Shown: positions 40,793 through 53,094, numbered from the stretch's first letter. The stretch is 64,000 bases of DNA from Octopus sinensis (GCF_006345805.1 NC_043017.1:31310001-31374000); one strand, 5' to 3'. Notes: generated by a model from the letters alone, not told the origin. Made by a program: numbers and translations.

Positions 40793-40793
<1 letters not shown>
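40471..40793 (+). mobile_element. SINE family A with internal deletion
   Basis: Jumps from GTGTTTATGTCCC to GGGGTCGATTTG. Confidence 0.9.
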
Positions 40794-40826
<33 letters not shown>

Positions 40827-41573
40827 ATATATATATATAAAATAAACATAAAATATATATATATAATATATATATATATATATTTTATAGTTTTTTTTAT
40901 ATATTATTATATATATATATATATTATATATATATATATATCTTTCTCTCTTTTACTTGTTTCAGTCATTTGACTGCCGCCATGCTGGAGCACCGCCTTT
41001 AGTCGAACAAATCGACCCCGGGACTTATATATATATATGCATGTATGTATGTATGCATGTATGTATGTATGCATGTATGTATGTAACTGTAAGTCTATGT
41101 ATGTATTTGCTTGCATGTGTGCAATATTTATACATATGAATATATTTAAGTGCATATAAATTGTAAATGTGTACTTACATGTGTATATGTGTGTGTTTGT
41201 GTGTGTGTATAAATAATATATATATAATTTATATATATGTATATATATCTATATATATATATATATATATATCGTTGTACATTATACACATATATTAGTA
41301 TATATGTACAAGTATGTATATATTGAAAGAACAGACTAAAGAACTTAAAGACAATGGAAACAAGCATCGACGCATATGAGAATTCGATGATATTATGCTG
41401 AGGGAGATGAATGGAGAAATGTTGGAAATAATATATTTTGAAGGGATCGCCTCTCGTGTCGATGCAGAAACTTAATTCAAGGAACCAAAAGCATTGTAGC
41501 GTTTAAATGGGGAATTAGACGAAAGCTCAAACAGAGGCATTAAGTAGGGCAAAAAATGAGAAAAATAAACTAT

Positions 41574-41746
41574 AGGCGCAGGAGTGGCTGTGTGGTAAGT
41601 AGCTTGCAAACCAACCACAATGGTTCCGTGTTCAGTCCCACTGCGTGGCACCTTGAGCAAGTGTCTTCTACTATAGCCTCGGGCCAACCAAAGCCTTGTG
41701 AGTGGATTTGGTAGACGGAAACTGAAAGAAGCCCGTCGTATATATG

Positions 41747-41779
<33 letters not shown>

Positions 41780-41991
41780 TTGTGTGTCTGTGTTTGTCCC
41801 CCTAGCATTGTTTGACAACCGATGCTGGTGTGTTTATGCCCCCGTCACTTAGCGGTTCGGTAAAAAGACCGATAGAATAAGTACTGGGCTTACAAAGAAT
41901 AAGTCCCGGGGTCGAGTTGCTCGATTGAAGGCGGTGCTCCAGCATGGCCGCAGTCAAAATGACTGAAACAAGTAAAAGATTAAAAGAGAGT
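41574..41991 (+). mobile_element. SINE family A, full length
   Basis: Complete head, microsatellite and tail. Confidence 0.93.
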
Positions 41992-42089
41992 ATGCACCAA
42001 GTATTTCATCGAAAGGCAAATTTTAGTTAACTATACATGAAACTGAGGGGTGGAGGGAGTGGTTTAAAGGTACTGGGGTGGGGGAAAAT

Positions 42090-43690
42090 TCCAGGTGATA
42101 GTATAACATTACTGAAAGCGAATGAAAAACGATATTAGTATCTAGGTGTGACGCATGATAAGTTAAAGGAAAAGAAAACGAGAGAGCAAAGACTCCAAAG
42201 TGTACGAGAGAAGGGTTCGGACCTCGCAAAATTAATTAGAAGTCGTATCGTCAAGGTGATTATCATTTGGTTTATCTCAGTTTCTGAAACACTCTGCTCC
42301 TTTTTAAAGGGAGCGGATTCAGAGCCACAGAAAATGAGTGAAAGAACCTGCAAGTTGCTCACAAGGGATAACACACATCGTCAACCCTTAAAATTTCTAT
42401 TTACAGATTTTACTTACTAAGAAGGGAAAGTGACAGAAGTTTGTTAAAAGCAGAAAAAAACGACGACGCCGCGGTGATCTCATTCTTGCTCACAACATCA
42501 TAAGCGGAAAGTGTAACCTCTCGAAAGAGCTGTTCTTCACTCCTGTTCCAGAGCGTCGGCTGCGGGGTCACTCCGAAAAGCTCTATCTGCGACGATTTCA
42601 TCTCAATCGAAGTAGAGGGGCTTTCTCCGTCCGGGTTGCGGATCCGTGGTATAAGCTGCCGGACGAGATAGTGAAGATGCTGACAACCCCTCGGTTCAAA
42701 GTCTCTCTTGACCAGAAATGGCCTGAACTCTTTGCATGAACACCCTCTCTGTACATGTCCCCCTACATGGCCTTGCTTTTGCTTTTTGAGCAAAAAAATT
42801 AACTTAACTTAACTTAACTTAAGAAAACACTATCTATGCTACGATTTTGGGTTTGAAAACTTATATATTTTGCATGGTGATGAAAGACTATTTATTTGTG
42901 ACTAGATATATCAAAGTCACTGAAATAGTGAAAAAAATGTTAAGAAGAGAAAGAAGAACGGTAGGACAAATAGCTGGAAAAGAGAAAGAAATATATGCCC
43001 ACTTCATTCAGTAAACCGAGGATTTCAGAAACGAAGAACTTTGGTTGTGAATGAGAGATGGAAACATCAAACGAGAAACCGAATCACTAATTAAAATCGC
43101 TCAGAAACAAGCCATTAGAACGAATTCGATAGAGACAGAGATTGATAAATCTCAATCAGAGAGTAAAATACACGAAATGTGTTGGCCAAATCTGTGTTTT
43201 AAGTGAATGAAAAGGTGGTGTGAATGCAATCCAGAAGCTGTCATGGTGATTTATAATGAATGGATTTTTATAGGATTTCTCCATAGAAACATATCGTACA
43301 ATTGAAGCAAAGAGACCAGTTATGATCGTGGGATCACAAAGAACAGTGTATGATCATTTATTTTAGCAATCAATCCCCTATAATTGTAAGAGTGGATATC
43401 AAAGAAACCGGGAAGATTGAGAAATATCAGGATCTTAGCAGAGAGATGCGAGAGATTGTGAAACACAATGGTGATCGATGCATTAAGTACTTCGCCCAAA
43501 TTGCAAGGAAAGAGGCTGAAAGTTATTGGATTCGATTCATGTATTGTCGAGCAACAGGAAATTCTACAAGAATCGTAAGAAAGATTCTTGGGATTTTGAG
43601 GAGACTTGTCGCCACCAAACCCCATGAACTTGGATGCAATGGTATTATTTGTTTGATAACAGCAATAACAGAGACAATTACAATTCTTTC
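42090..43690 (+). mobile_element. Decayed R4/Dong-type non-LTR retrotransposon with restriction-like endonuclease
   Basis: In order: MSERTCKLLT, FYLLRRESDRSLL, MRDGNIKRETESLIKIAQKQAIRTNSI, DFSIET..TIEAKRP, KETGKIEKYQDLSREM, KILG; many stops and frameshifts. Confidence 0.82.
42458..42821 (+). mobile_element. CR1 LINE 3' fragment nested in the R4 element
   Basis: RRRRGDLILAHNIISGKCNLSKELFFTPVPERRLRGHSEKL...WPELFA*; (AACTT)n tail; AGAAAA at 42452-42457 and 42822-42827. Confidence 0.9.
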
Positions 43691-43899
43691 TACTAAAGAC
43701 ATAAGTTCTGAAATTTTAAGGGAGGGGTGGGGTTGGGGTACTTGTCGATTACATTGAACCCAGTGCTGCTTGGCTAATATTGCTTATTTTATCGACCCCC
43801 GGAAAGCGGGGAAAGGCAGAGTCGATTTAGGCGGCCTTTGAACCCCGAACATAAAGACATGCCGCTAAGTATTTCGCCCGACGCGCTAACGATTCTGCT

Positions 43900-43903
43900 G
43901 CCC

Positions 43904-43938
<35 letters not shown>

Positions 43939-44391
43939 GTGATGATGGTGATAATAATAATAATAATATTAATAACAACAACAACAACAACACCATCAAT
44001 AACATAGAAGTTAGAAGAAGAAGAAGAAGAAGAAGAGGGGAAGATGAGGAGGGAGAGGAGGGGAGAGGATAAGAGGACGAGAGGGAGGTGCAGGAGAGGG
44101 GAAAAGGACGAAAAGGAGGTGCAGGAAAGGAGAAGAGGACGGAGAGGACGGAGAGGAAGATGGGGAGAGGAAGGAAGAGCATGAAGAGGAGTTGTGGATG
44201 GGGAACATGAAGGGAAGAGGAGGAGGAGGCGGAACAGAAAAAGAAGAAGAAGAAGATGATGATGATGATGATGATGATGACGATGAAGAAGAAGAAGAAA
44301 AAGGTGATGATGATGATGATGATGATGATAATGATGAAGAAGAAGAAGAAAAAGGTGATGATGATGATGATGATGAGAAGAAGAAGAAGAA

Positions 44392-44423
<32 letters not shown>

Positions 44424-44439
44424 AGGAGAAGAAGAAGAA

Positions 44440-44471
<32 letters not shown>

Positions 44472-44511
44472 AGGAGAAGAAGCAGATGATGATGAAGGAG
44501 AAGAAGAAGAA

Positions 44512-44543
<32 letters not shown>

Positions 44544-44830
44544 AGAAAAAGAAGAAGATGATGAAGAAGAAGAAGAAGAAGCAGAAGCAGAAGGAGAAGA
44601 AGAAGAAGAAGAAGATGAGGATGAAGAAGAAGAAAAAGAAGAAGAAGAAGATTAAGAAGAAGAAGAAGAAAAAGGAGAAGAAGAAGAAGAAGAAGAAGAA
44701 GAAGAAGAAGAAGAAGATTAAGAAGAAGAAAAAGAAAAAGGAGAAGAAGAAGAAGAAGAAGAAGAGCAACAGCAACAACAGCAATTACCTTTCTTAGCCA
44801 TCACCGTGTTGTTGTTGTTGTTGTTGTTGT
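43900..44830. repeat. Compound (GAT)n/(GAA)n/(CAA)n array with higher-order units
   Basis: Direct reading; the 257 aa and 201 aa ORFs are poly-F and poly-K read-throughs. Confidence 0.95.
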
Positions 44831-45361
44831 AGGCTTTGTCACTTCATTATATTGTAAACGTTGCTGATCCAATTTTATACATCCTTGTTGACGTCAGTTG
44901 GCATTAAGCAACAATATCCGTGAGAAAAGCATGATAACCCTTTTTCTCTTCGCTTTAAAAGTAATCTTTATTCCTGTGTAAGAAACTATTGCTAATGTTG
45001 TATTATTATTATTATTATTACTTTCGATACCGTTCCATTGGCTGTATTTCGTTTTTGTTGTTGTTGTTCCTATTGTTATGTCTCTCTTTGTAGTCGATGA
45101 TTGTAAAAATATATTCACGCTGTCTTCTTTTCCCCTCTCAAAGTCATTTGGTTTCTTCAAAGCTTTTTCTGGTCGTCAGAAGATTCTATTTAGCAGGAAA
45201 TCTAATACTGATAGTTTGATAATATTTTATCCGAGACGATACCAAAACATCCACCAAAGATATCAGGTTCATAAATTAAAATCTTCTTTGGACTCGAGTC
45301 GCAGTTTGATGTATCTGTAAGTATGTGATGGGCGGAACAACAGATTAACGAACAGTGTTGC

Positions 45362-46022
45362 TCTCTTTACTAACTTGTTTCAGTCATTTGACTGCGGCCA
45401 TGCTGGAGCACAGCCTTTACTCGAGCAAATCGACCCCAGAACTTATTCTTTGTAAGTCTAGTACTTATTCTATCGGTCTCTTTTGCCGAACCACCAAGTT
45501 ACAGGGACGTAAACACACCAGCATTGGTCGTCAAGCGATGTTGGGGGACAAACACAGATACACAAATATATACACACCCACATATATATATACATATATA
45601 TTGCTTTACTACCCACAAGGGGCTAAACACAGAGGGGACAAACAAGGACAGACAAAGGGATTAAGCCGATTACATCGATCCCAGTGTGTAACTGGTACTT
45701 AATTTATCGACCCCGAAAGGATGAAAGGCAAAGTGGACCTCGGCGGAATTTGAACTCAGAACGTAACGGCAGACGAAATATCGTTAAGCATTTCGCCCGG
45801 CGTGCTAACGTTTCTGCCAGCTCGCCGCCTTTGATAAGCCCGTCGTATATATATATACATATATACGACGGGCTTCTTTCAGTTTCTGTCTACCAAATCC
45901 ACTCACAAGGATTTGGTCAGCTCGAGGCTGTAGTCAAAGACACTTGCCCAAAGTGCCATGCAGTGGGACTGAACCCAGAACCATGTGGTTGGTAAGCAAG
46001 ATACTTACCACAGAGCCACCCC
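45362..46022 (-). mobile_element. SINE A with a family C SINE (45601-45829) in its microsatellite
   Basis: A tail 45362-45600, C minus, A head about 45860-46022. Confidence 0.88.
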
Positions 46023-46793
46023 TGAACAATATCTTGTCTCTGTGGCCAAGTTACTTACATTTCGTATTCAATTCCTACAGAGGAACAAGAATTTTAGCGG
46101 ATAATTATAATCGATTATAGCAACCCCAGAACTTTAATTTATTAACCTCCGAATAAACAGAAGCGATAACTTGACCTCACAGAGATTTGAACTGGTATTG
46201 TAAAGAGACCTATCTATATACCTGAAAGCATTGTTGTCTGATATTCAAACAAGACCGCCAAGCCCCCGCCCTCACATAGCACGTAATAGTGACTTCGAAT
46301 TGTGTCACGAGGTCAGTAAGTTCGGGAGAGAGTATAAGTCGATTACATCTTCCCCAGTATTCAGATAGCACTTATTTTATTGACCCCGAAAGGATGAAAT
46401 GCAAAGTTGACCCCGGTGGAAATTGAACTGTGACAATCTTATTTTTAATGAAATCTTAGTATTTTTAATGAACTTTTTAATATTTTCTCAAGATTCTTCC
46501 TTGTAAACTGTTTTTTAACATTTTCTTATTATTATCAAAGAATGTATATATGTATTGTAATATTTTGTGACAACCAGTACTTAACACAACAAAGCTTTTA
46601 CATTTTACTTTTGACAATCTTTTTCTAAAAATGTGAAACCGGTCAAGTGAATAAACATGTTTTAAAATCGCATTTTCAAACCTTCTTTCATATATATTTC
46701 CATCTTGCGGTACCTTACAACTTCACTTTGCTATATATATATATTGTTTGACTTGGGATTGGTTATCCTTTGTCCAAGAATCTTACAAAACAA

Positions 46794-46829
<36 letters not shown>

Positions 46830-47181
46830 AGAAAGAGAGGTAGTAAAACAGAGAAAGAAAAAGAGAGACAAACTCAGAGACACCGGCTTAACAAGTGGTG
46901 TCCCGCCACCTGTTTGGATTCTTATAACTCTCTGAAAAATTCATAACTTTTTACGAAATTTTGCAGAGATAAATTTTAGATTGAATAGATTTCGTAATTC
47001 TGATGACAAAAATCATTAGTACTTATTTAATGCAAATAAACAAATAAGGAATTTGTCTCATTTAATTTTGATTTCAGACAATAAACATTTTTCTTTGGAA
47101 AATTAGTATTCGTTTCATGATTTTGTATAAGTGATTTGATAAAAGTTAAATCCTAAATATGTATGCTATATTTCACGACGT

Positions 47182-47495
47182 GAGGACGCATAGCTTAGTG
47201 GTTAGGGTATTTGGCTCACGACCATATAGTCGTGAGTTCAATTCCCGACGGCACGATCTGTCCTTGAGCAAGATATTTTATTTCACGTTGCTTCATTCCA
47301 CTCAGCTGGTAAAAATGAGCAGTAGCTGTATCACAAAGGGCCAGCCTCCTTGTCACATTCTGTGTCACGCAGTATCTCACATTAAGAGGATGCGTTTCTG
47401 TGGAGTGCTCAGCCATCTGCAGGTTAATTTCCAGAGCAGGATGTTCCGTTAATCGCATCAAGTGGAACCCTAGTTATTGTAACTGTCACTGTGCC
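47182..47495 (+). mobile_element. SINE head D + tail 1
   Basis: Head with TTGAGCAAG..TTTCACGTTGC..CCACTCAGCTG, then AAAGGGCCAGCC...CTGTGGAGTGCTCAGCC as in the B+tail 1 copies. Confidence 0.8.
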
Positions 47496-47592
47496 AGTTT
47501 AATATTTCATATTACCCATGGTGACAAAAATACTTCCAAAATATTTGACGGGTAACAGTCTAGTATTCAAATAAATTTGAAACTTGTTCTTG

Positions 47593-47897
47593 GTTGTTCT
47601 TTCTTAAGCAATGCCTGGCTCATAAGGGCCCGGTTTCCCGGTTTCCCGGTTTCCTTGGCGTATAGGTTCCCCACCTGGACGTGACGTCAGCTCGTCACAG
47701 GTGAGCTGCAAGATGCAGGAGGAAAGAGTGAGAGAAAGTTGTGGTGAAAGAGTCAGCAGAAGTTCGCCATTACCTTCTGCCGGAGCCGCGTGGAGCTTAG
47801 GTGTTTCGCTCATAAACACATACATTGCCCGGTCTGAGATTCGGACCCGCTATCCCTCGACCGCGAGTCCGCTGCTCTAACCACTAGGCCATGTGCG
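47593..47897 (-). mobile_element. SINE head B + tail 2
   Basis: B head, then GAAACCGGGAAACCGGGCCCTTATGAGCCAGGC. Confidence 0.85.
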
Positions 47898-48257
47898 ACA
47901 CTAATTTTGAAACTTAAGTGGCAGTATACTTCCGTATCCGTCAAAACATAATTACTCCCTCTTCCTCTCCCTTTCTCTCTCTCTGTCTCTCTCTCTGTCT
48001 CTCTTTCCTAGTCTTTTTTTTATTTTATATCTCATACACACAAACTAATCTCTTTATCGCTTATCTTTTACTTGTTTTAGTCATTAACCCGCGACAATGC
48101 TGGGTCACCACATTGAAGGACTCCCAGTACATTTTTAACCCATTACTTATTCTATCGATCTATTTTGTCAAACCACTAAGTTACAGAGACATTAACTTAC
48201 CCACACCGGTAATCAAGTAGTATTTGGGGATAAACACAAGAATACATACATGCAACT

Positions 48258-48525
48258 GAAGGCGCTTGGCCTAGTAGTTAGAGTGTTGCAGTCATGATAG
48301 CCAGACCATGGGTTCAATTCGCAGACAGGGCGGTGCGTTGTGTTTTTAAGCAAAACATTTCACTTCCCGTGGGTAAAACTGCAACGAAATAGTGTTCCTA
48401 TAAAGGGAAATGTTGGGTTGATCGCTTAGCAAGTTGTGTTGAGTCATTCGTATGGTTAAAATAATACGAAGCGCATTGTGACCGGTGATGTATAACAACA
48501 TCCGATTGTCTGGTCGATCACGTCA
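48258..48525 (+). mobile_element. SINE head D + tail 3
   Basis: D-like head; tail CGAAGCGCATTGTGACCGGTGATGTATAACAACATCCGATTGTCTGGTCGATCA. Confidence 0.75.
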
Positions 48526-48584
48526 CGCACACGCACGCGCGCGCGCGCACACACACACACACACACACAAGCACGCGTGCACGA

Positions 48585-48650
48585 AGTCAAGCGTCTTCTA
48601 CTATACCCTCGGGCCGACCAAAGCCTTGTGAGTGGATTTGGTAGACCGTC

Positions 48651-48705
<55 letters not shown>

Positions 48706-48960
48706 ATATATATGAATGTATGTATGTATGCATTTATGTCTTTGAGTCTGTGTAAGTCCACCACCACCACCACCACTATCACTTGATAATCGATGTTGGT
48801 GTGTTTACGTCCCCGTAAACTAGCAGTTCGGCGGAAGAGACTGATAGAATAACTAGCAGGCTTACGAAAAATACGTCCAGGGGTCGATTTCATCGACTAA
48901 AAGGCGGTGCTCCAGCATGGTCCCAGTCAAATGACTGAAACAAGTAAAGGAATAAAATAA
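48585..48960 (+). mobile_element. 5'-truncated SINE family A
   Basis: Starts mid-head; tail GACTGAAACAAGTAAAGG. Confidence 0.85.
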
Positions 48961-49048
48961 AAAAGATATAAATGTGTATGTATACGTCAAGCTTCTTTCA
49001 TTTTTGTCTACCAAAGCCACTCATCAGGGTTTGGGTCGACCAGGGACT

Positions 49049-49473
49049 ATAATAGAAAGCACTTGTCCAAAGGGTCACACGGTGGGACTGAACCCGAGTC
49101 CACATGGTTTGCAAGCAAGTTTCTTAACCACAGCCATGCCTAATGTCGACTACGATAAAGTATGAAATAAGAAATTTAAGCTCAATCGGGAAATAACCTG
49201 GTAATTTTCAAAATTAATTCACGTGAACACAAAAACTCCTCTGTCACCTGTCAATTAATTCACAGACATAATAGAAAGTACTTGTCCAAAGGGTCACACA
49301 GTGGGACTGAACCCGAGTCCACATGGTTGGCAAGCAAGTTTCTTAACCACAGCTATGCCTAATGTCGACTACGATAAATTTTGAAATAAGAACTTTAAGT
49401 TCAATCGGGAAATAATCTGGTAATTTTCAAAATTAATTCACGTGAACACAAAAACTCCTCTGTCACCTGTCAA
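49049..49473. repeat. 206 bp tandem duplication containing part of a diverged A head
   Basis: Units 49049-49254 and 49268-49473 with a 13 bp junction insert. Confidence 0.92.
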
Positions 49474-50341
49474 TGCTGACTGAATAACAATAACAGGTTC
49501 GACATTGGGCAGAAGGAGGGCATAAACATCGAAAAACGATAAAATGGACTTTAGTGCTTGATTGGAGCACAATTTTATAGGCCTCGGAGGAATGAACGGT
49601 AAAGTTGATCCTTGTTAAATTTGTATTTTATTGTCTCAAAAGCTACAAAAGGAAGGGGGGATTACAATGAGGAAGAACTAAATAGGGAGAATTTTGCAAT
49701 AACAAACATGTATTGATAGCACAACCGTAGCAAGAAATTCTTAAATTCGTATCAAATGGCCTGCATAATGATGAATGCTAAGCCTTTTAAGTAGCTCCTT
49801 CCAAAAGTTGAACTCCCCTAATCAGATAATGCATTGTTAATCAGATTAATCAGATAATGGCCAGTAATTATGAAGCTGCATTAAAATACTAAAGTATATG
49901 TTAATTTTATTAATATTTTCGTCATCGGGGGATGAAGAATACATCGATGCCGTTCAAGGGAGATGAAGCAGTTTTACCAATTAGTGAGACCCGGTTCCAT
50001 CTAATCATATGGATGCTAAGTGATGCCACCTAATGCAACTACCACAAACTCTACACTTTTTACGACTTATTGATTCGTATGTCCTAATATCAGTTGGAGT
50101 GTGGTTACCAGTTTGATAATCTAGTCAGCTTAGGTGATTAACGGTTTAAATTTAGACTGAGATTGTTACGTTAAGTACAGGTTTGGAGGATGCCATTACA
50201 ATAATTACAGGTAGTAAATCTCCCTGAATGGGGATTAAGACTCTCCGGGTGTTCAGGCTAAATTGGACAGTGTGCATGATGAAAGAAAAAGAAAACCCAA
50301 TATCTCAGCCAAAAATAAAATTTTTTAAATATCAACAAGAT

Positions 50342-50585
50342 CAGTGGTTCTCAGCCGGAGTCCATGTGACACTTGGGGATCCATATAAGATTTTGTTGTT
50401 AAAATTTATCTCCAATAATTTGGTTATACTTGTCCAATGTACAAAATATTTTAGCAATTTTATCATACAATTCCTAACAATATTCAATTCTAAAAATATA
50501 GGATTTTTGAAACATCAAATTGCTAAGAGAATCCATCCAAGTAAAATAACAATCAAAGGGTCCATAGGCCCCCGTTTCGTTGAAC
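50342..50585 (+). mobile_element. Probable hAT MITE with the right end lost
   Basis: CAGTGGTTCTCAGCCGG start and subterminal GGGTCCAT motifs; no matching right TIR. Confidence 0.45.
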
Positions 50586-50741
50586 AAGTTGTAGGTAACA
50601 GTTTACTCAAAGAAGAAGACGAAGAAGGTGAAGAAGAAGGAGGAGAAGGTGGAGAAGAAGAAGAAGAAGAAGAAAAAGAAGAAGAAGAAGAAGAAGAAGA
50701 AGAAGAAGAAGAGTAACAGCAACAGCAATTACCTTTCGTTG

Positions 50742-51300
50742 CCACCACGGCCTCGGGAACCTGAGGCATGCGTTCCTCATTGTGTTCCTGGGAAGATCTT
50801 CGAATACCTCCTATCTTGGCCGCCTACTCGGCCTTGGTGTTGCAGGAAGAAAAGTTACTGTCTTTCTGAATGGCGTCCTTCACTCAGTAATCCATGGTAT
50901 TGCAATCGGGAAGAATTTGGAGGTCAGAAATTGGACTGATGAAGTCGTAGAAATTCTCCGACAACCACTTCTGACTCTTTTCAGATGTATGACTAGGAAG
51001 CTGAATCATGATGCTACGCATATGGCCATCCGGCGGCAACTCTCTCCAGTCAGGGTTTGATTACACCCTCCAGCAGCTTCACATAGCTCTCTGAAATGAG
51101 CCTGAGGCCCTGCTCAAAGATGTGAGGTGGCATAACATCACCCTCACTGGGGACACACCCAAAGACCATCAAAATTTGGGGGTAATGGGGTTATTTGGTT
51201 TCCGTGATGTCCATATCACATGCTACACCCTTTACGGCAGTCATGGATGTCGGCATTTTGAAACCCGGGGCCAATCATCGTGATAACAATAACTACTTCA
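50742..51300 (-). mobile_element. maT (DD37D)-like transposase remnant, same family as 29967
   Basis: MVFGCVPSEGDVMPPHIFEQGLRL...HHDSA...QKWLSENFYDFISP...NTMDY. Confidence 0.85.
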
Positions 51301-52052
51301 ATCTTCATGCTCTCCAACGCTGTTGACTGTTCACCAAGGCATCAAGCTGTTTCTGGAAAAAAAGAAGACTTATAAATCGTCAAACTGAGCCCGAACATTC
51401 TGTTGAATTTGCTCAACAATATCATTTTAAGTTATTGGTAAGCTCTCATAAAACCGATGAAAGGATTCTAATAGGAAGAGACAAGCATTAATGCATGCCT
51501 GCATTAATGTTTGTCTCTTACAAACCGATGTAGGGATTCTAATAGTAAGAGACAGGAAAAATAACGCAGGCATGCAATTCAATATATGCTTAGAGGCAGA
51601 GTCTTGAATACAGAGATTAAGATGGCAAGTTAGCAGAGATAGCTGGTCGTCGAATAGATTGCTTGGCATTATTCCTTCCAGCTCTATACTCCCTCGGTTA
51701 AATAATGCTGACGTCAATTTCGCCCTTCCTTCTTCCAGTACCGACAAACCCCCAGTCCTGTCCTGGGGTAGCCAGGCTCTCTCCCACCCACCCTCTCTCT
51801 CTCTCTCTCCGTATATTTCTGTCTATCCATCTATCTATGTATCTGCCAGATTGTTTCTCTCGATATTTCTGGAAGAAATCAGCTGTGATCACACTATCAG
51901 AGGGATGACCTTGCGAGGCTCAAAAATGTCATTCAGCGCCCCAAATCATCTATCAAAAGATGAAACCACAAGATTACACACACAAGAACATCAACATACG
52001 CGCGCACACACACACACACACACATACATACATACACACTCACACACTTATA

Positions 52053-52283
52053 TATTTCTTTATTGCCCACAAGAGCCTAAACATAGAGGGGGAAAACAAG
52101 GACAGACAAAGAGATTGAGTCGATTACATCGACCCCAATGCGTAACTGGTACTTTCTTTATCGACCCCGGAAGGATGAAAGGCAAAGTCGACCTCGGCGG
52201 AATTTGAACTCAGAACGTAGCGACAGACAAAATACTGTTGAGCATTTCGCCCGGCGTGCTAACGATTCTGCCAGCTCGCCGTC
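52053..52283 (-). mobile_element. SINE family C, full length
   Basis: Complete head and tail. Confidence 0.9.
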
Positions 52284-53094
52284 CCTTATATGCTTACCTT
52301 TATAGCTGTATATGTATTTTTGAGGACGCAAAGTAAGTGCCCCTAACTAATTTTACACCCGTTTAAAAAGAAACGTTGAGCTTACGTCATCTTTTCCTGG
52401 TCCCCTTCCTGTCTATAAACTTAGCGTTTCAATAAATAAAGGTCAATAAACTAAGTACCAGAATGAACCAGAAATGGAAGTCGATCAATTCAAACCAAAG
52501 ATTCTTAAAGACAGTGGCCCTCCCCACCCAACAAAAACCCACCCCCACCCCCACCTCTACTATGACCGCAAGTCCAGTGACTCAAAAACAGTAAAAACAG
52601 TATAAAAAGATATAAAAGAAATCAATAACAGAAAGATCTGTTGAAATTTATAGTTTCGGTACTCTTTGTTATTATTCCTGGCCAATCTTCATACTTTTGT
52701 CTCTACATTGATATTATATTTCTTACATTGTTCACCATCGAATCCTCTGTTCTTTCATAATCTCTGTCAGCCAGTCTACCCTATTCACTAATCGAATGGT
52801 TAATCGCTCCGTCTCTATCTACACATATTTCCACATTTACCACGTTCAAGCATGCATTTCATCTATTCATAACTAGACTCAATTTAGTTTCGTCTAATCA
52901 GCTTTTCTTCTGCTGCCAATATAATAATTAAATGTTCGGTTTTTCTCACTTCTTGGAAGTTTATCTTTTGATTTCTTCCAGCTCGCTTCTTCCATCATTT
53001 CCCTTAGATATTGTTCATTTAGAATTATAATATTTTTCTCCTCTGCTGATTGTGTTCTGATTGATTTTTATATTCTTCTTTCATCATCGATATT

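Noticed and set aside
44011-44797. 257 aa and 201 aa ORFs, the longest in the window
   Set aside because: Poly-Phe and poly-Lys/Asp from GAA/GAT arrays; no splice or domain evidence.
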